Below are positions 49,491-62,314 of a DNA stretch of 64,000 bases, piece after piece. The translations under genes were made by a program, and so were the position numbers. The notes beneath the pieces are model-generated. The model was not told where the DNA came from and did no database searches. It saw only the letters and a program-made list of their open reading frames with translations. The stretch covers positions 153,636,001-153,700,000 of the forward strand of contig OX597814.1 of NCBI GenBank assembly GCA_951406725.2, given 5' to 3'. Numbering within the stretch: the first letter of the stretch is position 1; each line of letters opens with the position of its first letter. This DNA comes from Octopus vulgaris (lineage: Eukaryota).

Positions 49491-50936
49491 TTTGGTGACA
49501 AAATGTGTAAATTTGTATATTTAAAAGTATACATTTTTACATTTTATATTGATATATTCATATAATTTTCAAGTGTGCAAATATAAGCGTACACATGTCG
49601 GGTGAGTGTGTCTTGTTTAGAGCAACTTAATGAATAGATGTATTGGCTGAATATGGGGGCTTCTGTATTATGATATCTGATGTTTACATATTCAATTGCG
49701 TGGGCAGCACATTGTTTGAACACTTGTGAATTATTTTGTTGAGTAATGCATGGATGCATGATGGTTAGTGTGTCTTTGCATATGGCAGGGTGTTTATAAA
49801 AATTTAATATATCTGCACAGGTTTTGCTTCAGTTTATTTTAGTTTATGCCCTTTTAAGATTTCAAATATTTTAACACTAACCTCCCACACTTCTACTGTT
49901 TAGTTCACGTTCCTATTACTCTAAAAACATTCAGCTTTCTCCAGAAAGATCCATAAATGCCTGTCAAATCTCCTCCATTTAAATAAACCTTTAAATAATT
50001 TACCTCATTAAGTGTGCCTCTTTCTCTTTACTTTTCCTGCAACACACTAAATCGTATCTAATTTCTACATTCAATGGTGAATTCACTGATCTCATCTGTA
50101 AAGTTTTACTATTTTTTCTCTAAACTCCATAACTGCTGCCACCACCTCTGTCATCATTATCATCACCACCACCACCACTACTACTGTTGTCACCATCATC
50201 ATTATCATACACATCACTTAATATCTGCTACCATGCTGGCATGGGTTGAAAGGTCTGCAAGAGCTAGCAAACCAGAGGACTGTGCCAAGCTCTGTCGTCA
50301 GTTTTGACATGGTTTCTACAGCTGGATACCCTTCCTAATACCAACCAATTCATAGAGTCTACTGGGTGTTTTTTTTTTTCGTAGCACAAGCACCAGTGGG
50401 ATTCCCAACTAACTTACAAGACAAAGTCCCCTCGACTGGGAGAGTAGTTTAGAGGAAGAAGGCTTTGTGCCAGTTGAGAGCTTAAAAGAATAATAGAGAG
50501 ATAGTGATAGGTGTTTTGCTATAGAAAAGATGCAAGAATACTGCAGTTGGAGAGTAAGGGAGAGAAAGAGAGACTTTGAGAGCGAGATAGAGATGAAGAG
50601 AGTGTGAGAGTGATGGTAACCTTCTTACTGCCTAAAATTACTTGTACCATTCTACCTGAATAATGTGAGAACTTTGGTTTGATAATAAGTAGATTATCAA
50701 ATCAATAAATTAATATGTTTATCTTGCTTTAATTTTATTTCTCTTCTCCACTTGTTTTGACTTTAACATTCCATTGTCTATTTATCATTTATCATTTATT
50801 TGTTTCGGTATTTTTTTTTCAAAGCCTGGTACTTATTTTACTGGTCTCTTTTGCAAAACCACTGTTATGGGGGATGTAAACAAACCTCCACCACTTGTCA
50901 AGTGGTTGTTGGGAACAAACACACACACACATGCAT

Positions 50937-51000
<64 letters not shown>

Positions 51001-51277
51001 ACATACACATCACAGGCTTCTTTCAGTTTCCCTCTACCAAATCCACTTACAAGCCTTTGGTCAACTTTAGTCAGTGCTATAGTAGAAGACACTTGCCCAA
51101 GGTCTCACACTGTGGAACTGAGCCCAGAAACCATGTGGTTGGGAAGCAAACTTCTTACCACACAGCCACACCTGTGCCTATAGCTAACAATTATTCGAAA
51201 GTTTGGTTGTGTCCATCTCTTTTACTGAATTCCTACAAACTATCATTTTCCTCAGGCTTTGAAATTGCCCACCAATA

Positions 51278-52066
51278 TCATCATCATCATCATCATCATC
51301 ATCGTTTAACATCCGCTTTCCATGCTGGCATGGGTTGGACAGTTCAACTGAGGGCTGGCAAGCCAGAAGGCTACACCTGGCTCCAATCTGATCTGGCATG
51401 GTTTCTACAGCTGGATGCTCTTCCTAATACCAACCACTCCAAGAGTGTAGTGGGGACTTTTTTACGTCCACTGGCATGGAAGCCAGTCAGGTGGCACTGG
51501 CATTGACCACATTCGAATGGTGCTTTTTATGTGCCACCAGCACGGATGCCAGCCAGATGGCACTGGCATCAGTCCTGCTCATTTGGTGCTTTTTATGTGC
51601 CAGCAGCACTAGCATTGACCATGCTCGAATGGTGCTTTTTTCATGCCACCGGCACAGTTTTTGCTTTTCTTTTTTTTTATTATTTTACCTCTAATAGTCG
51701 ACTTCTACTTCTGAGCCATGTGCCTTCACAGAAGGCACATGGTTCAGTGGTTAGAGTGTCAAGCTTATGGTCGTGAGGTTGTGAGTTTGAATCCCGGACT
51801 GGGCTGCGTGTTATGTTCTTGAGCAAGACACTTTATTTCACATTCCTCCAGTTCACTCAGCTGTAGAAATGAGTTGTGACGTCACAGGTGCCAAGCTGTA
51901 TCTGCTGTTGCCTTTCCCTTGGATAACACTGGTGGCATGGAGAGGGGAGGCTGGTATGCATGGGCGACTGCTGCTCTTCCATAAACAACCTTGCCCGGAT
52001 TTGTGCCTGGGAGGGTAACTTTCTTGGCGCAATCCCATGGTCAGTCATGACCAAAGGGCGTCTCAA
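51278..52066. mobile_element. SINE family C (minus, 51278-51655) and tRNA-headed SINE (plus, 51733-52066)
   Basis: Homology to other copies in the window; A/B-box-like motifs at 51740-51795. Confidence 0.8.
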
Positions 52067-52404
52067 AATAGTCTACTTCTATGCTAATTTCTAAGATTTT
52101 CTCTTCCCCATATCTTGGTAATGTAACTTTTCCAGTTCATATGCATATATATAGGGCCATGTATGCATATTGCATAATCTTGTATGAGTGTGTGTTGCTA
52201 TACTTGTACTTGTAGAGTATGAGTGTTTAACCCTTTTGATACCAACCTGCTTGAGACTGCTTCTACAAATTGCCTATTTGAATGTGATCAATATTAAAAG
52301 CTCTTGTAATGATTTTTAGCAATTACACAAATCTCGGGAAAAAATAAGAAATAAACAAAAGAAGAAAAGAAAAGAACAAACAAAATAAGTCATTTACTAG
52401 TTAA

Positions 52405-52628
52405 CCCTTATATACCCCTGGTTGTGTTTTCACATTGCAAAACCTTCTCCTACCTGTTTGAACATGAACTCGCATCTTACTGAGCATACGAAATCTTCAG
52501 TAGGTAGTTGACACCCGTAGCTAGTAGTTGCATACTGGCCTTTTCTTCCAGATTGTGAAAGCTTAGCATAACGTTTAATCTAAATACAGCAAAATTTTAA
52601 GACTTCATTTTTTATGGCCATATATGGG
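52405..52628. mobile_element. Possible piggyBac-type MITE
   Basis: TTAA|CCCTTATATA ... TATATGGG|TTAA termini; single copy in window. Confidence 0.55.
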
Positions 52629-53039
52629 TTAAGACTATATATCTTCAGTGGAAAGATTATGATTTTATTGAAGATTAAGATTGAAGGTAATAAAGATTAT
52701 TTAAGATTAATGATTATTTTAAATTAAAAATGTAAGATAATTTAAGATTAATTTAAGGATAAATGATTATGAATATTAATTAAAACTGAGATTTTGTTTT
52801 TGAGGATTGTAGAGATTATTTAAGATTAAAGATGATTAAAGATTAAGATTATTTAAAAATTAAGACATTGAAAATTAAAATTTTATTTCCCTATTGCAAT
52901 GATGAAGGTTATGGATCTACGGTTGTGTTGTTTCTTTGGAAATGTCTAAAGCACAAAATATCCAATACTTCTTTTATGTTCTTTATTTCTGTTCTGTGCA
53001 GTGCTGCACAGTGGCCCATCCTTGGGTGGCTCTTGTAGC

Positions 53040-53584
53040 ATTAACAAATTACATCGGCCCAAGTGTTTCACTGGTACTTAATTTATCGACTCAAGAAGAA
53101 TGAAAGGCAATGTCAATCTCAGCAGAATTTGAATTCAGAACATGAACACAGGTGAAATACCACCAAGCATTTTGTCCAGCATGCTAAGATTCTGCCTGTT
53201 CACCACGTTAATAATGATAATAATAACAATAACAACAACAACAACAATAATAATAATCTTTTCTACTCTAGGCACAAAGCCTGAAATTTTTTGGTGGAGG
53301 GGCCAGTCGATTAGATTGACCTCAGTATGCTACTGGTACTTAATTTATCAACCCCGAAAGGATGAAAGGCAAAGTTGACCTTGGCTGAATTTGAACTTAG
53401 AACACAAAGACAGACGAAATACTTCTAAACATTTTGCCCGGCATGCTAATAGTTCTTCCAGCTCACCGCCTTAATAATGATATATTGATCCCAGTGTTTC
53501 ACTGGTACTTAATTTATCGACCCCGAAAGGATGAAAGGCAAAGTCAACCTCAGCGGAATCATATATAATAATAATAATAATAAC

Positions 53585-53647
<63 letters not shown>

Positions 53648-53799
53648 GATAATGATAATGGTTTCAAATTTTGCCACAAGGGCAGCAATTTGGGGGGAGT
53701 GGATGAATTGGTTACATTGGCCCCAGTGTTTCACTGGTACTTTATTTATTAACCCTGAAAGGATGGAAGGCAAAGTCAACCTTGGCAGAATTTGAACTC

Positions 53800-53840
<41 letters not shown>

Positions 53841-53860
53841 TATTAATAATAATAATAATG

Positions 53861-53916
<56 letters not shown>

Positions 53917-53995
53917 AATAATGATATTAATAATAATAATAATAATAATGATGATGATATTAATAATAATGATATTAATAATAATAATAATAATG

Positions 53996-54083
<88 letters not shown>

Positions 54084-54105
54084 TAATAATAATAATAATA
54101 ATGAA
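53040..54105 (-). repeat. Family B SINE fragments interleaved with long (AAT)n tracts
   Basis: Four SINE pieces separated by AAT runs; about 310-bp imperfect (AAT)n at 53790-54103. Confidence 0.9.
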
Positions 54106-54520
54106 ATAAGAATCTTTTAAAAAATGCAAATGAAATTCTTATTTTTAAAACATCATCACAACTTATTTTTGAAGCTAAAGTAACAACAATAATAATAATA
54201 ATTTATTACAATAAATGTGTTTGTCTTCATTTACTATGTCTTCTTATAATTCAATATTATTTGGCAAAATGTTGAAAATGAAAGGTTAATGTTATGAAGG
54301 CTGTGTCTTCATTACTTGACATTGAGTCTGAATTAACTGTAGCCATCTGACATTCGAGATAATATTTAATCCCCTCTCTTGAGAGATAGCCTATAACATC
54401 AGAAGAACATTGAGTCATGAGGCTAGGCTATAGGTTATTGTTGAAGCTGATTGAGAGAATGCCAAGACTACATACATAGTTATTGCAGCAAAGAAATTCC
54501 CCATGTCTTATTATTCATAC

Positions 54521-54567
54521 GATTGGTCAAACTGACGGGTCGAATTCCTTTTATATCTGATTGGTCA
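54521..54567. promoter_or_regulatory. Two identical inverted CCAAT (NF-Y-like) boxes
   Basis: GATTGGTCA at 54521 and 54559 in non-repetitive DNA. Confidence 0.35.
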
Positions 54568-55117
54568 GTTTCCTCTATAGATGACAGATCTATGATAAAG
54601 AGAGCGAGAAAGGGAGAGAAAGAAAGAGAGAGAGGGGTTAGAAAGAGAGGGCACGTGAGGGAGAGAAGAGAGTAGAGTTGCTAAGAAATGCCAAGATTAA
54701 GCAATGTAATAGAAAAGAAATTGTTGGAAGAGTTGCAAGAGAGAACGCAGAGGCTAAGGTAAACTAGAAAGAGGTGATTTTATACAGACTTGCTCCATTG
54801 TATCAGGTTTGGGAAATATAAAAACATGACTGGTGAAGAGAATAAAGACGATGACAAGGACAACAATGAGAATTATAATTTGGCTCACCATTATTTTCTT
54901 GTGGTTCAATTGATCATCAGCATGAGGGATCTTCAACATGATTGTTCACCCTACCAGAAATAGTATATTTCTAATCCTAATTTCTATCTAATTGTAGCAG
55001 CCAATTCCCTCAAATCAGCATGTGCTGTCTGAAATTTAGAAAGGATACAGGGTGGTCACAGATGGATATCTTTTGATCATTGGTTGACTCAATGAAAATT
55101 GACCAGCAGCAACAACA

Positions 55118-55488
55118 GTGGAGGCACAATGGCCCAGTGGTTAGGGCAGCGGACTCGCAGTCGGAGGATCGTGGTTTTGATTCCCAGACCAGGCGTTGTG
55201 TGTGTTTATTGAGCGAAAACACCTAAAGCTCCACGAAGCTCCGGCAGGGACTGGTGGCAATCCCCGTTGTATTCTTTCACTCCAACTTTCTCTCACTCTT
55301 TCTTCCTGTTTCTTGTCCCCGACTTCCTATGCAACCGCTGAGCATGGATGCATATTCATCCATCTGTCGATGCTCTCAGTGTCAGGGGTTGGCCTGCTTT
55401 CTCTTCTGCGGGTCTTACAAATAGCAAAGGACCACTTCTCCCACTACAGACGGGACAAAGACCGCTTCGCTCAACAAACAAACAAACA
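55118..55488 (+). mobile_element. tRNA-derived SINE family D with 13-bp TSD
   Basis: A-box tggcccagtggttagg, B-box gttttgattcc, (CAAA)n tail, agcagcaacaaca on both flanks. Confidence 0.88.
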
Positions 55489-56042
55489 AGCAGCAACAAC
55501 AAGAAAAATAAATGATTGCATCAACAAAGGAGCCGCTTCATGATTGCTTGACTTGGTAGAAATAGCTGCCAAATTTCCTTTAAATCAAACCCTACTATCT
55601 TGAATAAGGAGCTATCCAACTAGAAATAGCAGGTTATTTCTAAGCCTAATTTTTAAATCTACTAAAAGTAGCAGTTAATGTTCCTTAAAATTACAACCTA
55701 CTGTTTGATATCTAGAAAGGACAGATAAAATAATGTAGTTCTGTCAATCATTAAAGTGGCAGAGTGATTACAGTTTGAATGCCTTTGATTATTGGTCTGC
55801 ATAAGACTGACCATCACCACTGCCACCAAAAACAACAACAACAACAACAACAATAAACAATCATTGAGCAAAGAAATGAACCTCTTTGTGACTGCTTGGC
55901 TTGCTAGAAATAACAGCCATATCTCCCTCAAATCACACCCTGCCATCTTAGCTAAAGAATCATTTATGCCCTTTAATCCAAAATAGCTGATTATTTGTTG
56001 TTACTGTTTTGTCCAAAGTTTAACTCTGATTAAGCAGACACA

Positions 56043-58125
56043 AAGAGTGTTTATGCTAAGTTTGACAATTTTGCTTATGCCTCCTTTTTTCCAGGAACAA
56101 CTTGATGTATTGGTGAACAGTCAAAGGCATTGGAGAGCATAGAGATTAAAGTTGTAATTGAGAAAAAGTTGGCTGACATAGAGCACTGGAAGCCAACAGA
56201 ATATTGGGAAAGAGTTACCTGTATGACGATGATTCATACTGGGTATCAAAATGTTGACATCATGATTGCTGCTGCTGTTGTTGTTGTTGTTGTTAAGCAA
56301 CAAGATGGGTAAGGGTGATTAGGTGATGGTCTAGGGCTTAGGGGCGGAAGACCCCAGACCTTGGAAAAAAAAACTTTGGTCATCTTGTTGTAATTGAGGG
56401 CTCTTTGTTGATGCCCGACACCACTAGGAGGTGACCCTCAAAGTCACTGGATATGGAGATCTCCAGGTCCAAATTTTTGAACAGCCACTGCTGCTGCTTG
56501 TTTATTTGTTGAGCAAAGTGGTCTTCATCCTAGAAGTCCGAAACGTGGTCCTTTGCTATTCGTCAGACCCACAGAAGAGAAAGCAGGTCAACCCCCGACA
56601 CCGAGAGCATTGACGGATGGATGAATGCACATCCAGGCTCAGCGGTTGCGTAGAAAGTCGGGGAGAAGAAACAGGAAGAAAGAATGAGAGAAAGTTGGAG
56701 CAAAAGAGTACAACAGGGGTAACCATCATCCCCTGCCGGAGCCTTGTGGAGCTTTAGGTGTTTTTGCTCAATAAACACACACAACGCCCGGTCTGGGGAT
56801 TGGAAACCGTGATCCTCCGACCGCGAATCCACTGCCCTAGTCATTGGGCCATTGCTGTTGTTGTTGTTAAGCAACAAGATGGGTAAGGGTGATTAGGTGA
56901 TGGTCTAGGGCTTAGGGGCGGGAGACCCCAGACCTTGGAAAAAAAAACTTTGGTCGTCTTGTTGTAGTTGAGGGCTTTTCATTAATGCCTGACACCACTG
57001 GGAGGTCGCCCTCGAAGTCGCTGGATATGGAGATCTCCAGATCCAAATTCTTGAACGGCTGCTGCTGCTGCTCAATGTTCTGTGAATGCTGTAAACACTG
57101 TAAGATGTGATATGGACAGCTACAACAGAGATTATGAAGCTATGACCAGCAGGAAAGGACACAGCAGGTGTTCTGACTACATCCACATGCTATAATTCAC
57201 CAACTGCAGGTCAAGGTGATGGAAGATCCAAGCAAGAGAATCTGGGCTTTGACAAGAGAGATGGGTGTCAGAGTCACTACCATGAAGCTGGCCCTGAATG
57301 AGGAACTTTGCTACCACTCATACAAGAGGAAGCACGAGGGACAAATTCTGACAGCTAAGGCCAAGGAGAACCAATTGATGAAAGCAAAGAAGCTCCTAAA
57401 CAAGCTGAAGCATCCTGTTAAGCTAGGGATGATCTGGTTCTTCTCAGACGAAAAGAATTTCTGCCAGGAACAGTTGTGCAACATTAAGAACAACAAGCGG
57501 CTTACCTACAATCATGTGATGTCCTATGTACCCTGAAAACCAGGTTCCCCTAAACTGTCATGGTCTTTGGGTATGTCACCAGTGAGAGTAATGTTATACA
57601 ACCCCACATCTTTGTACAGGGCCTTATGCTCAATACAGATGGCTATGTGAAGCTGCTGGAGACTGGTCAATCTCTGGATGCTCTGGGTGCTCCTGGAGGA
57701 CCATATGTGTGGTATCAAGATTAGGGGCCATGCCATATCTTCAGAAAGTGTTAGAAGTGGTTGTTGAGGATTTCTATGACTTCACCAGCCCCAATTGTTG
57801 GCCCTTTAATTTGCCCTGATTGCAATCCCATGTGTGAGGGATATGGTTGAGAAAGACACCAACTGCTTTGCCTGTAACATCAAGGCTGAGTTGGTGGCCA
57901 AGATCAAGGAGGTATTTGAAGATCTTCCCAGAAACACAGATTCCAGAGCTATCTTGAGGCCATGGTGGAAGCTAAGGGTGGCTATGTTGAGCAAACTGTT
58001 ATCTCCCAGCCTTATTAATCTAGTTAATATCTTCTGATTTGTTAAAATGCTTTATTTTTAGATGGGATATTGTGGTTTCCCTTCCTTTAATGTAAACTGT
58101 TAAATTTAGCCCAAACACCCTAGTA
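56043..58125 (+). mobile_element. Tc1/mariner-superfamily (maT/DD37D-like) transposon, degenerate, interrupted at 56272-57072
   Basis: TIR-like agagtgtttatgctaagtttgacaa and ctgttaaatttagcccaaacaccct; peptide runs ..DIMIAA | QCSVN.. across the insertion; IWFFSDEKNF, TVMVFGYVTSE, WP...PDCNP motifs. Confidence 0.8.
56497..56853 (-). mobile_element. SINE family D flanked by ~215-bp direct repeats
   Basis: Reverse complement of 55118-55488 family; repeats at about 56275-56497 and 56853-57072. Confidence 0.88.
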
Positions 58126-58738
58126 AATTCTGAACTACATTATCCAACATATCTGTCCTTCCTTTTCCTAAGATTATGGTGTTTGGTATGCAGTTACTTC
58201 TAGCTGATTGAGCAACTACATATAGATTACTTCACTGGGTCATCTAACTTTATGTAAGAGGAGAAGATGATAATGAAATAAAAGAAAGTAATTTTTTTCT
58301 AAAATTACTCTCACTAGCACAAGACTACTAATTACTAATTTGATATTTTAATTGCTTCAGTCAATGAAATGCAGCCATGCTGGGGCACAACCTTAGGAGT
58401 TTAGTCAAACAAATCAAACCCAGTAGTCAAGTGATGGTGGTGAAAGGATGAACACAAATACAGAGAGACACATACATATATGTATGATGAGCTTCCACAC
58501 AGTTTCCATCTACCAAATCCAGCTTGGGGCTATAGTAGAAGACACTTGTCCAATGTGTCATGCAATGGGACTGAACCTGAAACCATGTGGTTGCAAAGCA
58601 AACTTCCTAACCATACAAACATGCTTTGCAACCACATGGCTAGTGCACCTCCTTAAAGGGTGCAAAAATTAATCAAACATTTTTTAGGGGTTCAGAGCAC
58701 AGAAAAGGTTGAGAGTCACTGCCCCAAATTATGCATAC

Positions 58739-58790
<52 letters not shown>

Positions 58791-58791
58791 G

Positions 58792-59064
58792 GTAACTAGA
58801 ATGTGGAATCTAAAAACAGAAACAATTCCTATCATAGTAGGTGCATTAGGCATGATAAAAAAATATTCAGACAAATACATAACAAAAACACCAGGACTTA
58901 CAAACATATATAACATACAGAAAATTGCACTACTAGGCACTGCACACATCCTACGCAGAACACTTTCCATACAGTAACCATCAGAGCATCACAACAAATC
59001 ACAGACACACAGAGCTGCGCTTGGTAGTGAAGTGAAAGCACGTTATAAAAATAAAGCTACTGAA
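58792..59064 (+). mobile_element. R4/Dong-clade non-LTR retrotransposon, 5'-truncated 3' end inserted in (TAA)n
   Basis: Open frame 58792-58977 VTRMWNLKTETIPIIVGALGMIKK...IQKIALLGTAHILRRTLSIQ*, short 3' UTR, (TAA)n on both sides. Confidence 0.85.
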
Positions 59065-59196
59065 TGATAATAATAATAATAATGATAATAATAATAATAA
59101 TAAGAAGAAGAAGAAGATTATATAGGACTGAGGTAACTCCTCCAGAAGTTATAGAGATATAAATAGAAGAGTGCCATAGTTATCATGTGAAATTAA

Positions 59197-59239
59197 TTGA
59201 ACGATATTTCGGCATCTAGCATGCCTTCCTCAGGTTCAA
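59197..59239 (-). ncRNA. Minimal type I hammerhead ribozyme, intact core
   Basis: Minus: UUGAAC-CUGAGGA-A-GGCAU(gcuag)AUGCC-GAAA-UA-UC|GUUCAA; 6-bp stem I, 5-bp stem II. Confidence 0.8.
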
Positions 59240-59496
59240 AAATTACATGTCAGTCTACTTCAATTTTTTTTGTTAAGATTATATAGGACTGAGGTAACTC
59301 CTCCAGAAGTTATAGAGAAATATATAGAAGAGTGCCATAGTTAATAAATAGCTAGATGCCGAAATATTGTTCAACTAATTTCACATGATAACTATGGCAC
59401 TCTTCTATTCATATCTCTATAACTTCTGGAGGAGTTACCTCAGTCCTATATAATCTTAACCAAAAAAAAAAAAAGAAATAGACTGAAATGTAATTT

Positions 59497-59539
59497 TTGA
59501 ACCTGTGGAAGGCATGCTAGATGCCGAAATATCGTTCAA
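59497..59539 (+). ncRNA. Hammerhead copy with mutated core (CUGUGGA)
   Basis: Same motif as 59197-59239 with one substitution at the A6 position. Confidence 0.65.
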
Positions 59540-59602
59540 CTAATTTCACATGATAACCATGGCACTCATCTATTTATTTCTCTAATGATGATGATAATAA
59601 TA

Positions 59603-59652
<50 letters not shown>

Positions 59653-60884
59653 AATGATGATGATGATGATGACGATGATGAAAATAATAAAATATAATAA
59701 TAATAAAAAAAATTAATGATGCAAAGAGGAATTTCAATTTTATTATAGTATTAGAAAAAAATCTGAATAAAATAAAATCTGTTATTTTAAAATGAAAATA
59801 TAGTATACACCAAATATATATCACAATATATTAAAATGTATTAATATGAGATACTAGTTTCATTATTGATATTTTCCTGTTGTTTTTGTTGTTTTTATTT
59901 TTGTAGTAGGAATAATAGTAGCATATAACAAAGTAGACCAATTCCTGCCTTCGGTGTTAACCAGCTAAGCAGCAGAGAGGTATTGATGAAACTCCAGAGA
60001 ATTAATACTGAATTGATTTGAGACTTTCATGAAAGCTCTGAAGATTAAGCCGCACAATTCAGACAGGAGGAGAAGGAGGAAAGCTGGTCCCAATAGCCTA
60101 AACACATACAGTGTAGTCATGAAATGAATGGACAAAACACTTCTGGTATAGATTATGCCAAGTCACAACACACAGATAGAATTATACAAGCCTCAAAGAA
60201 ATCAGTATTGTTTGCTAGATAAGGTATTTACGCTGCAGTACTTTTGTGTTGAAACAGTATTGAATTCTTTCGACTCCATCTCAAATATTATTGGATAATG
60301 TTTTGATCTGTTTAAATGTTATTTTATAATAAGCACTTGAGGATAACTGAGACACAAATGAGATTTTCGGTTACCATTGTCATTATTTTCATTGTCATAA
60401 TTTCTATGATTTTGGGAATGAAGTCATGTCTAGGTCATTGGAAATATTTTGGCCTTTTGGGACTGCTAAAGTACATATACATACATACTAGATTAACTTC
60501 TAATGAGGAGCCTCTATGTTTCATTCAAACTGCTAGAAACAGCAACCAAATTTCCAGGAAATCACATTCTAATGTGTTATAAAAAGAAAGATATAAAGAA
60601 GAGTAATGTGGTCTTTATACTGTATCTAAAGCTAAAATAAGTGGATAATAATGATTGGAACAGTTTTGATTACAGATTAGTTGAATCAGAGCTGATATTG
60701 GGGCTAAACAGCAACAATAGCTATAGAAAGAAGAAATGGATCATGTGAGGAAGGTCAGACTGACAGGAAGTTAGATGTGAAGTGTTTGTAGGTTCTTCTT
60801 AATCCTTTTTGCCCCTTGTAGATTAAGGGTCTCAAATTTGAAACCAACCAGAGGAGTTTCTGGCAAACAGACATTCGATATCTT

Positions 60885-61085
60885 TTATGTTTTATTTGTT
60901 CAGTTATTGAACTATGGCCTAGCTGGGGCACTGCCTTGAAGGGTTTAGTTAAACAAATTGACCCCAGTATTTATTTAAGTCTGTTATTTATCCCATCAAA
61001 CTCTTTTACTGAATCACTAAGTTATAGGGATGTAAACAAACCAACTCTGGTTGTTAAGCTGTGGTGGAGAACAAACATAAACACA

Positions 61086-61161
<76 letters not shown>

Positions 61162-61345
61162 CACACACGCGCACACACACATATGCATATTTATACATGA
61201 CAAGCATCCACATAGTCTCTGTATACAAAATTCACTCACAAGACACCAGTTGGTCCAGAGCCATAGCAGAAGACATTTGCTTAAGATGCTGTGCTGTGGG
61301 ACTGAACATGTGACAATAAGCTTGCAAAGTGAATTACATAACTAT
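60885..61345 (-). mobile_element. SINE family A, diverged, long (CA)n
   Basis: Homology to other family A copies. Confidence 0.75.
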
Positions 61346-62314
61346 GGCCTTCTTCAGACAGCAGAAATAATTAATATTCTTAGTCCTGTTGATCTCTAGG
61401 TCATGTTAATCTCTTGGTCATGTTGACATTGAAGCCACTTGACTCAAATGTTTAAACTTTGTTCTGTTGTGTAGGTTATGTACTTGACCTCTATAAGTAC
61501 TATGTTTTGACGGCTGTAAACTAAATTTCTTACTAAAAAGCCTCAAAGCTCCATCAACTGAACTTGTCGATATCTGACCAATAAAAGAGCTTCCTCAATG
61601 CATTCACCGGAGGTGCAAAAAAAAAAAAAAACAGAATCATATTTAAATCATACCTAAGTACCTTAGGAAGAAGGTCATATTGGAGAATGTTGTCTTAGAT
61701 ATATTGTCTGAAAAACGAAAAAAGACAAGGAATAATATTATCATGCTTGAGACACTTTTGATCATAGGTTTGCTGGATTTGAGCTGACTTGGAGCTAAAA
61801 GATCAACAATAACAATTATCACTACCAAAATCATTACAACCACCACCACTGTTACCTTGAATCTGACCACCACATCACCATCACCAACAACAACATCAAC
61901 ACCACTAACATCATCCTCACTAATGCCAACACTATGAGATAGCCCATCATCATCACTACTAACAACATACCTGAGCTAATAAGGGAGCATTGACATGATT
62001 GGGAAAGGGGTGAGGGGATGGATGTAAAAAATACAAAACAAGGGTTGAGGAGTGGATGTAGTGAATGGTGGACAAGGATGGAGAGGTGATCAAGAATACA
62101 TATGAATTGGGGGAAAGGTTAGGGAAAGTAAGTGATGACTGACAGTACAGACAGGCTGAGAATCAGAATAATAGTAATACAGTAGACAGGAGAAGGATGA
62201 AAGAAAGGGAGCTGACATGTGAGTGGATAGGTTGAAAGAGTGTGAGGGAAGAAGCAGGCAGAACATGAGGAGAGTGAAAGATAATTTGGTGGTGTAAAAT
62301 GGTGATTAACGATC

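Larger units (their letters stand above)
59114..59583. repeat. ~161-165-bp unit in tandem and inverted arrangement, hammerhead-bearing
   Basis: Forward units start at 59114 and 59275; reverse units occupy 59350-59583. Confidence 0.92.

Noticed and set aside
49544-49759. Possible second Penelope endonuclease fragment
   Set aside because: No clear GIY-YIG residues could be aligned.
50895-51506. 203-aa ORF, the longest in the track
   Set aside because: Concatenates a (CA)n tract and two SINEs; the same peptides recur wherever those SINEs occur.
55118-55195. tRNA-like sequences at SINE heads (also 11150, 33240, 51733)
   Set aside because: A/B boxes are followed by SINE bodies and do not form complete cloverleafs; not tRNA genes.
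59114-59583. CRISPR-like interpretation of tandem repeats here and at 32380-33228
   Set aside because: No unique spacers between short repeats, no cas genes, eukaryotic context.
61580-61631. AATAAA followed by an A14 run (processed retrocopy end?)
   Set aside because: No TSD or upstream ORF; such motifs are common in AT-rich DNA.
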